Assembly: GCA_951406725.2 (NCBI GenBank)
Contig: OX597832.1
Coordinates: 806,001-870,000 of the forward strand
Length of the DNA stretch: 64,000 nucleotides
DNA from: Octopus vulgaris
Lineage: Eukaryota
Direction of reading: 5' to 3'
Program-made: the position numbers and the translations under genes
Part shown: piece after piece, positions 52,309 through 63,492 of the stretch
How the letters are laid out: every line of letters begins with the position of its first letter
Numbering within the stretch: position 1 is the stretch's first letter
The notes under the pieces: generated by a model
The model's input: the letters and a program-made list of their open reading frames with translations, nothing else
Told to the model about the DNA's origin: nothing
Database searches by the model: none

Positions 52309-55238
52309 AAACATCTGAGTTCTCCAAACATCTAAGGGGGTGAGGTTACACTCCTGAAACATCAGGGATTGTTCTATAAAAATCAGATTTAGATAACAAA
52401 CGGACTTCCAAAGTTTTTTAATGTTGCACAGTCATATAACAGGTTTTAAAAAAGTATTTTAAAAAACCTCTTAGTTTCCCAGAAAATGAAAATGTAAATC
52501 CATCCATATTGAAGTAAGTTTGATTTCTGGAGATATGAGGAGAGATTTCATACTCACAGACGATGCATTTATCCATAATTAGTCCATAATAAAGTGTGTT
52601 TCCTGATGTATGATGATATACTGGTTACATTTCTGAAAATTTCTCAAAACTGCTATGTTAGAATTCTATTTGTTGAAGGAAAGTTAGTGGAGCGTAGAGA
52701 CAATCACTCACATAGGGTATAATGGGGTAACTGATAGGGGAAGGGGATGTAAATATCCAACTACGCAGAATAGTTTATTTCAGTGGAGACAAACTGACTG
52801 ATTCAGAATTTGCAAGAATCTAAGAGCTTTAAGGAGGAATGCTAATCTTGACCAGTATACCGTCGTTAATTGCTAACGTACCATTTCGATGTCAAGCAGA
52901 AAAAGAACACTCAAGTAAGGAATATCGATAACAACTTCGGCAGAATATTTAGAAGCAGAAAGAGTCCACCTCCGAACCTACTCCTGGAAAAGGATTTACT
53001 GAATCTCATAGAAGAGATTAGATTCAAGGAACACCCATTAAGATACAACCCCCACCTCAAGCATCTCAGTAAATTTATTCATTCAACCCAGAACAAGCAA
53101 GGAATACTAGTACCAGCGGATAAAACTGGCAATCTGCATAGAGTAGATTATACACTTTACAGCAAGCTAATTAAGAAAGAGCTCAACTCCAAATACAAAA
53201 TTACTACTAAGCGAAATTTAAAAGAAACAAACCTGGAAATGAAGGAAATTATGGAAAGATAATTTAACGGATAGAACAGAACCGCTTATACCGTGTGAAC
53301 CTAGAATTAGCCTTAAGGACCACAAAAGGAATTTCATGGAAAACCCGTCGGTAAGGCTTATTTGTCCAACTAAGTCAGATATTGGCCGACTTAGTAAATC
53401 TATCCTTGACATTGTTCTACCCCAAATAACCCCGCTTCTTCCCTTAAGTCTATGGGTAAATACCGATGAAGTATTAAAATGGTTTAACTCCCTAACCAAT
53501 ACTAATAATCTGGCCTTTATTCAATTCGACATAAATAAATCACTTATATTCGCTATGAATCGCTCCCTCATATCTAGAGAGGAAATAGACATTGTACTTT
53601 TAGCTAGAAAAACATTTATAGAGTTTGAGGGAAAATTATGGACCAGAGCAGACACCCCTAATAATTTCGATATACCCATGGGCTCCAGTGATTCGGCTGA
53701 GGTGACTAATTTAGTAGGCCCATATCTATTAAAATGCATAAAAAAAGGAGATCCCTGAATTACAAGGTGGTCTATATAAGGATGATGCTTTGTTTGTTAT
53801 CCTTAGTAATAATAAATCGAGCATTGAAAGGATTAGAAAGAAAATTAATAGGTTCTTTAAAGATTTCAACCTTAGCATAACCTATGAACCTGGCACTAAA
53901 ATAGTCAATTTCCTAGATATTACATTAGACCTTAACTCTAAGCTACATTACCCATTTAGAAAGGAAGGTGAAATCACTAGTTACGTAAATAAATTATCCA
54001 ATCATCCCCCAAATATAATTAATACTTTGATTAGAAATATTTCCTTAAGAATCTCTAAATTATCATCCAATTTTGATATATTTAACTCCCATTCGGAGCA
54101 TTATAATGCGGCGTTATCTAAGGCAGGATACAACCAAAAAATTACCTTTATTGATAAAGAGAACTTACATATTCCTAATAAAAGAAGTAACAATAGCCAC
54201 GTAAACAACAATAGAGATCGCGCCAGAAATAAAAGTAGAAGTAGATTTACGGTGACAACTATATAGATAATTTAAATTAATTTTATAAAATTTTTAATCT
54301 AATTTAGGTAAACCAACTTAAAGCAAATAAGTTAATAAGACTTCGTAATTCTTTTATATACTACAAGTAAATATTGCTAATCCCAAAAATAATATAACAA
54401 CTTTTCATTATGAAAAACAATACTCTCAATCCTTTCTTTTGACCCCAAAATGTAGTCCCAAAGTCTGCCAATGTATAAGTATATACATTATTTAATAAAT
54501 AAAGAAATAGATTAAATGACCCATGCTAGCATGGAGAACGGACGTTAAACGATGATGATGATGATGATGATGATGACCTCCTTTCTAGTGTTGCACTGAA
54601 ATCTGTTAATGTTTTTTTTTTCCTATAGTGACAACTTTTGACCCGCCTTTACCTTCCCGTGTCCTCTTTATGTAGCAATTAACGACGGTATACTGGTCAA
54701 GATTAACATTCCTCCTTAAAGCTCTTAGATTCTTGCAAATTCTGAATCAGTCAGTTTGTCTCCACTGAAATAAACTATTCTGCGTAGTTGGATATTTACA
54801 TCCCCTTCCCCTATCAGTTACCCCATTATACCCTATGTGAGTGATTGTCTCTACGCTCCACTAACTTTCCTTCAACAAATAGAATTCTAACATAGCAGTT
54901 TTGAGAAATTTTCAGAAATGTAACCAGTATATCATCATACATCAGGAAACACACTTTATTATGGACTAATTATGGATAAATGCATCGTCTGTGAGTATGA
55001 AATCTCTCCTCATATCTCCAGAAATCAAACTTACTTCAATATGGATGGATTTACATTTTCATTTTCTGGGAAACTAAGAGGTTTTTAAAATACTTTTTTA
55101 AAACCTGTTATATGACTGTGCAACATTAAAAAACTTTGGAAGTCCGTTTGTTATCTAAATTTGATTTTTATAGAACAAACCCTGATGTTTCAGGAGTGTA
55201 ACCTCACCTCCTTAGATGTTTGGAGAACTCAGATGTTT

Positions 55239-55328
55239 TTTCGGCTGATGAGTACGGGTGACTTATATTTACTGCAATATTTGCAGCCTTAATAAAGCTG
55301 GTCTTCGTACGAAACAATTGTACCGAAA
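55239..55328 (+). ncRNA. Type I hammerhead ribozyme with long helix II
   Basis: UUUCGG-CUGAUGA-GUACG...CGUAC-GAAA-CAAUUG-UA-CCGAAA; intact core. Confidence 0.88.
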
Positions 55329-55355
55329 TATTGATCCATTTTTGTTGCTTTTTCT

Positions 55356-55406
<51 letters not shown>

Positions 55407-55434
55407 TGTATATACATGTATATATATGTATATG

Positions 55435-55567
<133 letters not shown>

Positions 55568-56118
55568 ATATATGTGTATATTTACCCCTCCGCAAAAAAG
55601 TCTTTTAATTTTTCCCATTCATGCAAAGCCACATATTTGAGTTCAAGTCCTTGATACATTTTATACTAATTGCTATTTTTTTTTGTTATATTACGATTTA
55701 ATTACCATTTTAATAAAATAAAATATATTTAATTATTACTTACTATATTTACTATATTTAATTCAATTGTTATTATAACCTCTAACTTTTATTGCAATTT
55801 TTATTTCTAAATTTCTTATGGAACGTCGAGTGGATCTTATACGTACAATATATTTTTAGATGATGTTTATATATTTATATATTACTATATATTTCTAAAC
55901 GTCGGGCTTTATGTCTGTTCTGTAGATATAAATGAATATATGAATATATGTATGTGTTTGATCTTTCTGTGGATTTTGTAGTGATGTAGTTGCTGCTCGC
56001 ATTGCCTCCCCTTGGATTAAAAAGTGTATACAGCTCATTTGAGCACTACTATTCCAGTCTGTTATATATTCTGAGCGTTGTTGTCACTAACGATCTCAAG
56101 ATATAATTTTATATTTTG

Positions 56119-56169
<51 letters not shown>

Positions 56170-57890
56170 CATATACATACAATAGGGAGATGTTTTTGTT
56201 TCACTTTTAACACGTAATACTGAAATAGTGGAGAAGACATGATATTGCTGTGGACTCGCTCTAGGCAAGAAGTTAAACATTTTTTGCCCATGACATTACA
56301 TGGACCCTAAGTAAGTGAAGTAGAAGAGGTTAGAAAGGGTCAAGTGGGGAAGACATTATTTTAGCCTAGCTAATGGCATCTGGGAAAAGTAAAACTGCTG
56401 TCAGAGAAAAAAACATTGTTCCATCGTGGGAAAAGTTCTGTAGCAGTGTTGATTCAAATTTGGCTATGTTGGATCGAATCCGCTTCATGCATGCAAGATT
56501 CGCTACACACACTCCCCCGCTAGTGAGCTTCCTGGTAAGGAAACGATCGATCGAAGGAGAAAAAGAAATGCATGGTAAATGCCTTGGAATGTTTTTGAGT
56601 AGTGAAATGCGTCTGGTGCTGTTGTGGTTAATTGCTGAGATAGCAAGGACGACATTCTAAGCATGCTGGAGTAATGCACGAGACAGATAATTTGCTCTGT
56701 TAATTACGTGACCAAACAGGGGTCTAACAGGGGTAAATTATGTCTAAACATGAGCGCAGAGCATGTGATCATCCGACGTGCTTCGAGTCGGGAGAAGAAT
56801 TGAGCTGACACATACGAGTATTGCAAACAAGGCAGTAGATGCATAAAATACAGTGTACAGTATTGAATATGCCAGTGATAAAAGCAGTAGGGCTGAGGCT
56901 GTCAGCCGGTGCATGAGGTACTATATGCCTCGATCGTGCAGGAACAAAAGTGCGGCATGCTGGCGCGTTGTGAAGGACAAACAACTTTCTCTATGTATGC
57001 GTGACCGACCTAGGGTCTTACAGAGATGAGTTGTGTCTACAAGGGCGCATTGGGCATGAAAAACAAGCGAGAAAAGCATGAGAAAAGACAGAGATAGAGT
57101 TTATGTGGTATGAATCATGTGTGCAAATGCGTGCGTAAGGCCAGGCGCTGAGGAAAGGTGCATGCGTGTGTGTACGTAATAATACAAACATTTTCAAAGT
57201 GGACGATAAATATTACATGCAAAATATGAATAATAAAATAGGCAAAAATAACAAACTTAACTGAAAATAGTGTCCTTTGTTAAAAAGTCTACAGCTGAAA
57301 ATGAATATATGTGCATGCAAACAAAAAGAGTTGTTGAAAGTCTATGTGAGAGTCTTATGTACGTGCAAAAGTTCATAGACAATGCAGGGTTTGTACGTCA
57401 GGACGAGACGAAAAGCGTGTGTGTGCCGAAAAGGTTGCATGTGCGGGCTTTCGTATTTTCTTCCAGTTAGTTTCTGGACATGAAGCTGTTGAAATGTTGC
57501 GCTTATAGGCTTTCATGGTCGGCGAATACCTTGGGAGTCGGCAGTGTTGCATTGTGAAGTGCATCGTAGATTGCATTGCAGTATAGTGCTTTCTGTAGCA
57601 GGTCGCTGGAGGGTGCATCTTGGTGGAGACGAAGGTTGTCATTTTTTTCTTTTGGTTTAGCGACTGTAGATATTCTAGTTCTTTAGTTCGCATCAGTAAA
57701 AATGCAGCATCGGAAGGTAGTAATTATAAGCGATGATATTGCAGTTTCAGAGGGCAACAATTCTTTTTCTTACGAGGTCACCAATATAACGGCAGAGGAT
57801 TTTAGTTGTAACGTTTTTATAATTGTAACGATAATAATTTGTGGTTATAATTGCATCATGTAAAATGTCTTAGATAAACAACCCGCGCGC

Positions 57891-57939
<49 letters not shown>

Positions 57940-57944
<5 letters not shown>

Positions 57945-58802
57945 TAATATAGAATGAAATTTTTTTCAGAAAAAATTCCATCAAAAAGTGGCAGCATATT
58001 AAAATAACTTTATGGTTAAAATTATAAACAACTTATAAACAAGGGCCAAAGAAAATTAATTCCTATGCCAATATGCTGGTAACAGACTTTTAAATCGTCA
58101 ATTTCCACATATTATATACCCGCTACAGAAATACGTTGTGCTGAAATCAAGGGAAGCTAGCCAACAGAATTTTTTTTTAAAGTTCGTTATTTCTATATTG
58201 AATCAATTTCGGAATTAATCTCATAATAGATTTTTTCCTCGTCAGTAGAAAATACGAATAGAAATAAATGAAATACTTACATGCGCCCATGGAAAAAAAC
58301 CCGAAGCAAAAAAAAATGAGTACACATAAGTACCCCAGATGTATCTAAATACAAAATCCTTTGGTCAGCCTCAGCACACGTGTGAACTGTTCTCTACTAC
58401 AGCTTATAGTGATTACCAGTCCCCATAGTAAATAGTAATAAATCTACTACTAATATAGGATGAAGTTTTTTTACAGAAAAAATGTCATCAAAAAAGTGGC
58501 AGCATATTAAAATACCTTTACGGTTAAAATTATAAACAACTTATAAACAAGGGCAAAAGAAAATTAAGCAACAAAGAAAGCTCGGCGTGCATCTAAAACC
58601 GAACATCAACGAAATGCACAACTTGCAGATAGCCAACAAAAAATGATATTGACCTTTCTTCAACTTCACTTATTACATAGTTTTCTCTTCTAAAAATGCA
58701 CACATACAGGAGGAGTGAATTATACATATAATAATACATTCAATGTGGTTCCCGATAAAGAGTAAAAGTAATCGCCCGATCAACGACGGGTTATACTGCT
58801 AG
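57940..58802 (+). mobile_element. Two tandem related non-autonomous Helitron-like units
   Basis: Shared 5' segment (tactaatatag...aaaagtggcagcatattaaaat) at about 57942 and 58448; second unit starts A|TC and ends cccg...cggg hairpin plus CTAG. Confidence 0.65.
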
Positions 58803-58929
58803 TATATATATATGTGTGTGTGTGTGTGTGTATGTGTATATATATGTGTGTGTGTGTATATATATGTATGTGTATGTATATAAATGTGTGTGAATATATA
58901 TGTATGTATGTATATATATATATATATAC

Positions 58930-59545
58930 AAAAAAAATGGAACAAGAACGCAACAGGCGACAAGACAGCCAGACAGTTAGATGATACAAGAAGGGACAAG
59001 AAAAAACAAGGACGGGTCATTCGGAGTTTTCTATCCTCAGTCGAGTTCCAGATCATCTTTGCAGTTTCGGCTGGTTATACCCGAGACTGCTCCAATCTGG
59101 TCAGCCCGAAGAAAATTCGAAGCTAAGAGCACTAGACTCCTTGGAAGAAAGCAGTGAATGTATACGGAAACAAGGACGGGAAAAAAACGGAGAAATAGTA
59201 CACAAGTACAAATGCAAACAACAGGACATTAACAACAGGTGTCTTTCGACTAAGGACGGATGAAATTAAGTTGGTGCGTGTGGAAGTGAAGCCTTACAGT
59301 AGGGACATAAGAGATGACAGGCATGGGAAGGAATATACATGTTGCACGGATGGTAGTCGAACCAAGAAAGAAAGGTTAGACTAGGCCGAACACTGGTCAC
59401 GTGGAAGGAGAGGAGTGAAGGTGAGAATGAAGGGAAGGTCAGGAAATGTGAGAGAGGGAGAGCGAAAGAAAGAAGAGTGGAAAGAGCGAAGTAAGAGTGA
59501 AGGGGCTGAAAGAAAGAATGGAAGAATGAGAGTCGTACAAAAAGT
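58930..59545 (-). mobile_element. PLE-terminus-like repeat, copy A
   Basis: Related copies at 59975-60190 (same strand) and 60325-60606 (inverted); abuts (TA)n; pyrimidine-rich upstream on minus, like the Neptune UTR. Confidence 0.6.
59027..59115 (-). ncRNA. Candidate non-circularly permuted hammerhead ribozyme, copy A
   Basis: GGCUG..GCA-GUC-UCGGGU..CAGCC-GAAA-CUGC..ACUCGA-CUGAGGA. Confidence 0.6.
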
Positions 59546-59546
59546 G

Positions 59547-59593
<47 letters not shown>

Positions 59594-59695
59594 ATAAAAA
59601 TGGCAAGACAACAAAAGAATGAAAGAGACCTCGATATTATGTAAATAGAGGAATTTATCTGTAAATGTAATATGTGACAATTATTCAGTAGCCAT

Positions 59696-59750
59696 GATAA
59701 AACTCCGAGTTTCGAATGCCGAGGTGGAAATCCACCATCTCTTCAGTTAT
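59696..59750 (-). ncRNA. Type I hammerhead ribozyme
   Basis: AUAA-CUGAAGA-GAUG...CAUUC-GAAA-CUCGGAG-UU-UUAU. Confidence 0.7.
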
Positions 59751-59805
59751 TCGGCCATCGGGAAAATGCTATCAAAAATTTTTCATTGCGTTTTCCCGAT
59801 GGCCA

Positions 59806-59866
59806 GATAACTGATGAGATGGTGGCGTGGATTTCCACCTCAGCATCCGAAACTCGGAGTTTTATC
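59806..59866 (+). ncRNA. Type I hammerhead ribozyme
   Basis: GAUAA-CUGAUGA-GAUG...CAUC(C)-GAAA-CUCGGAG-UU-UUAUC. Confidence 0.78.
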
Positions 59867-59899
59867 ATGACTACCGAATAATTGTCACATTACATTTAC

Positions 59900-59954
<55 letters not shown>

Positions 59955-60081
59955 ACGTACGCCGCTATATATATAAAAAAGAATACAAAACATGGGACAA
60001 GAACGTAACAGGCGACAAGACATCCAGACAGTTAGATGATACAAAAAGGCACAAGAAAAAACAAGGACGGGTCATTCGGAG

Positions 60082-60171
60082 TTTTCTTTCGTCAGTCGCG
60101 TTCCAGATTATCTTTGCAGTTTCGGCTGGTTATACTCGAGACTGCTCCAGTCTGGCCACCCCCAAGGAAAA
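60082..60171 (-). ncRNA. Candidate permuted hammerhead, copy B
   Basis: GGGUGG..GCA-GUC-UCGAGU..CCAGCC-GAAA-CUGC..ACGCGA-CUGACGA. Confidence 0.55.
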
Positions 60172-60229
60172 TCGAAGCTAAGAGCACTATATGAATATAT
60201 ATGTATATATAGATATGTATATATATATG

Positions 60230-60298
<69 letters not shown>

Positions 60299-60407
60299 GT
60301 GTGTTTGTGTATATATAATATATATATGTATTGTTTGTTTTTGTCTTTGTTGCCGTACACATTCGTTAGCTTTCTCACAAAGGGGTCTAATGCTCTTAGC
60401 TTAGAGA

Positions 60408-60490
60408 TTTTGGGGGCAACCAGATTGAACCATCTTAAGTATAACTGCCCGAAATGGTCGTGACTCCTGGAACTTGACTAAGGAAAGAAA
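60408..60490 (+). ncRNA. Candidate permuted hammerhead, diverged copy C
   Basis: GGGCA..ACC-AUC-UUAAGU..UGCCC-GAAA-UGGU..ACUUGA-CUAAGGA; helices kept by compensatory changes; G5 mutated. Confidence 0.55.
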
Positions 60491-60604
60491 GTCATGAATG
60501 AGACGTTTTATTTTGTCTGTCCTTCTAATTATTGTTTCTGTTGTCCGCCTTTGTAACGTCTATCTGTCCAAATGTTTTAATGTCCTCTATTGCGTTTTTG
60601 TTTC

Positions 60605-60646
<42 letters not shown>

Positions 60647-60744
60647 CGGGAAGCTTTATGAAAATAGACAAAAGACGAAGGCAGGTGGAAAACAAACAAA
60701 CAATTGTATTAGTATGGCGCTCAGGAAATATAAATAAAACAAGT

Positions 60745-60780
60745 CTTTAACGTTTCGAGCCTACGCTCTTCAACAGAAAG
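60745..60780 (-). ncRNA. Minimal hammerhead ribozyme, U6 core variant
   Basis: CUUU-CUGUUGA-A-GAGC GUAG GCUC-GAAA-CG-UU-AAAG. Confidence 0.7.
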
Positions 60781-61149
60781 ATACACAGAGAAAAAAAAAA
60801 CACAGAAAGAAGGAGAGAAAAAAATGCGTGCAGTAACTAACGAATCAACATGGCGATCTGATTTCGGCCAGAGGTCAAAGATCAAACATGAGACGCGAGA
60901 GCGAAATAAGGGGAGATAATAGGGTTGATAATAGGGTTGAATGACCCTAGGATAGGTCTGGACAGGCGTATGTATGGGGTTGGTGTATGTATTAGTATGT
61001 ATTAGTACGTATTAGTATGTATAAGTGTGTGTGTGTGTGTATGAGAGAGTATAAGTGCGTATGAGGGGTCTGGACGTGTGTATGTATAGGGTTGGTGTAT
61101 GTATTAGTATGTATTAGTACGTATTAGTATGTATTAGTTGGTGTATGTA

Positions 61150-63492
61150 TTAGTATGGCACATCATATATGATGTGATGTGTAAAGTCGTGTGGTGTAGT
61201 GAGGAGAAGAGGGGGAGGGGGAGAAGAGGGGGAGAGAGAAGGGGAGGGAAATAAGAGGGGGGAGAGAGGAGGGGAGAAGGAAGGGGAGGCTGAGGGGGGG
61301 AAGGAGGGGGAGGGGGAGGGGGAGAGAGAAGGGGAGTGAGGGAGCAGAGGGAAGAGGGAAGGAGGGAGGGAGAAAGAGGGAAGAAGGGAAGGGAGTAGGA
61401 TGAAGGACTGAAGAAGTAGGGGTCGGGGGGAAGGATAGGTGAGGAGGGGGAGAGGGGGGTTAGATGAGGGGGGGGGAGAGTTGAGACCAAATGGCGTATA
61501 AGAGCGAAGAGAGATTAATTCCTGTTCACGGCGCAAACGGGAATCCGGATGGCCTCTGTGTAAGGACAAACCGAACACAGATAGGTATTGCAAGGAGTGA
61601 CCGGTGGAGCGGAAATGGCGTGAGACCGGTGTGTCGTTCGCAAGGTGGATGTCACGAAGGTGTTCCGCGAACCGGTCAGCCAAGCGGCGTCCCGTTTGTC
61701 CGATGTACAAGGAATTGCAGAGAGAGCAAGAGACGCAATAGATAATATTGCTGGAGGTGCAGGTGAAGGAGTGGATGATGGGATAGGGTCGATGGTGGGT
61801 GCTAGTGAGGCGGGTGGTGTTGGAGAGGTAAGGACAAGTGCGGCAACGTGGGCGGGAGCAGGAGAACGAGCCGGGTTGGGAGGTAGGGTCAGGGAAGGAG
61901 CTATGGACCAAAAGGTCTCGAAGGTTGTGGGCTCGTTTGAAAGAGGGGAGGGGTCGGTTAGGGATGAGGTGTGAAGTGGACGGGTCGGACTGGAGATGAC
62001 GGAAAGCTCGAAGAATGGTGCGTTGGAGACGTAGGGTCGTGGGGTGGTAAGTGAGAGGAAAAGGGAGGCGGGAGACTACAGGGCGGGTTCGGGGAGAGAG
62101 AGCAGATACACGGTCCACGGACCGTGCTCTGGCAAGGGCGGTGTGGATAGTGGTGAGGGGGTATCCACGTAGGGTGAAGTGGTGAGCCATACGTTGAGAC
62201 TGAGTCTCAAAGTCATGGTCGTCACTACAGAGCCTACGTAGACGGAGGAATTGGGAATAGGGGATGGAAAGCTTGGTGTGTTCTGGGTGGGAGGAAGAGA
62301 AGTTGAGGTATGAGTGTGAGTCTGTGTGTTTGTAGTGAATGGAGGTGGTAAGAGTGGAGTGAAGAATGCTAACCGAAATGTCGAGGAAGGAGACAGAGGT
62401 GTTGGAGATAGTGGAAGTGAAGTGGAGGGCTGGATGGAAAGATTGGACGAAAGAGAGGAAGGAATCTAGATGTTCACGGGAGAGTGAGGTGGCACCGATA
62501 ATGTCGTCAATGTAACGACCATATAGTTCAGGAGTGGGACCAGTGAAATTAGAGAATATTTGGGCCTCAACATAGCCAACGAACAGGTTCGCATAGTTGG
62601 GGCCCATTCGCGTTCCCATGGCCACTCCCGAGATCTGATGGTAGAACTCGCCCGCGAACGAGAAGCAGTTCAGAGTAAGGACAAGTTCGGCCAGACGAAT
62701 GAGTGTGGAGGTGTCAGGTACAGGGTTAGAGCGGAGGTCAAGAAAGTGTCTAAGGGCCTGCAGTCCTTCGTGGTGAGGGATAACAGTATAGAGGCTTTGG
62801 ATTTTGGAGGAGCCGGGAGGAAAGGAGAAAGAGTTGAAAAGCCGGAGAGCATGGTTGGTATCGTGGATGTGGGAGGGAAGAGATGCCACTAGGGGGGCAA
62901 GGACACGGTCGAGGTATTTAGAGATGAGCTCCGTGGGGCAGTTACAGGCGGAGACGATGGGGCGGCCAGGGTTGTTGGGTTTGTGGATTTGGGGGAGGAA
63001 GTAAATGGTGGGGGTACGTGGGGTTCGCACAATTAGGTTGGATGTGGTGCGGGGGAGACGGGAGGACGAGATGAGGTCGCGGACAGTAGAGGATACCGTC
63101 TGTTGGTAGCTACGTGTGGGGTTAGAGGGCAGAGGGGAATAGAAGGAGGTGTCATTGAGTTGGCGGAAAGCCTCAGCCCTATAGAGGTCCGCGCGCCACA
63201 CCACTACAGCTCCACCCTTGTCAGCCGGTTTGATGATAATGTCAGCGCGCCGTTGGAGGGAACGAAGAGCCAAGAGCTCAGCCGGGGAGATGTTGAGGCG
63301 GCGTTGGCGCCTGGAGAAGTTGAACCGCTCCAATGCACGCTGACAAGCGCCCGCGAAAAGATCCACTGCTAGGATCTGGCCAGGGGCAGGCGTCCACGGG
63401 GATGGTCGGCGGCCCAGGCCAGTGAAGCAGTCCTCTTCGTTGGGTGTGGGTGGCGAGTCGTAGTAATGCGCACCCAACCGGACACGGCGCAC
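61150..63492 (-). CDS. PLE reverse transcriptase-GIY-YIG endonuclease (probably inactive)
   Basis: IKPADKG, GVAMGTRMG, YGRYIDD, SFLDI, NIIYCVSCSLCNSLYIGQTGRRLADRFAEH; motif A region shortened; frameshift upstream. Confidence 0.92.
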   Translation of the reverse strand: MRRVRLGAHYYDSPPTPNEEDCFTGLGRRPSPWTPAPGQILAVDLFAGACQRALERFNFSRRQRRLNISPAELLALRSLQRRADIIIKPADKGGAVVVWRADLYRAEAFRQLNDTSFYSPLPSNPTRSYQQTVSSTVRDLISSSRLPRTTSNLIVRTPRTPTIYFLPQIHKPNNPGRPIVSACNCPTELISKYLDRVLAPLVASLPSHIHDTNHALRLFNSFSFPPGSSKIQSLYTVIPHHEGLQALRHFLDLRSNPVPDTSTLIRLAELVLTLNCFSFAGEFYHQISGVAMGTRMGPNYANLFVGYVEAQIFSNFTGPTPELYGRYIDDIIGATSLSREHLDSFLSFVQSFHPALHFTSTISNTSVSFLDISVSILHSTLTTSIHYKHTDSHSYLNFSSSHPEHTKLSIPYSQFLRLRRLCSDDHDFETQSQRMAHHFTLRGYPLTTIHTALARARSVDRVSALSPRTRPVVSRLPFPLTYHPTTLRLQRTILRAFRHLQSDPSTSHLIPNRPLPSFKRAHNLRDLLVHSSFPDPTSQPGSFSCSRPRCRTCPYLSNTTRLTSTHHRPYPIIHSFTCTSSNIIYCVSCSLCNSLYIGQTGRRLADRFAEHLRDIHLANDTPVSRHFRSTGHSLQYLSVFGLSLHRGHPDSRLRREQELISLRSYTPFGLNSPPPSSNPPLPLLTYPSPRPLLLQSFILLPSLLPSFSLPPSLFPLLPHSPSLSPSPSPSFPPSASPSFSPPLSPLLFPSPSLSPSSPPPPLLLTTPHDFTHHIIYDVPY

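Larger units (their letters stand above)
52068..55358 (+). mobile_element. Hydra-like PLE with inverted pLTRs; GIY-YIG not seen
   Basis: RT ORF pieces 52870-54266 (VPADKTGN, AFIQFDI, MGSSD, NFLDITL); arms 52188-52875 and 54673-55358 are inverted and near-identical. Confidence 0.92.
59657..59903. repeat. Imperfect palindrome carrying two HHRs
   Basis: atctgtaaatgtaa...ttacatttacagat; centre aaaaattttt at about 59779. Confidence 0.9.

Noticed and set aside
59027-59115. HDV-like or hairpin-ribozyme reading of the structured repeat
   Set aside because: No P3/P1.1 or loop-B motifs in the right order; the hammerhead registers fit better.
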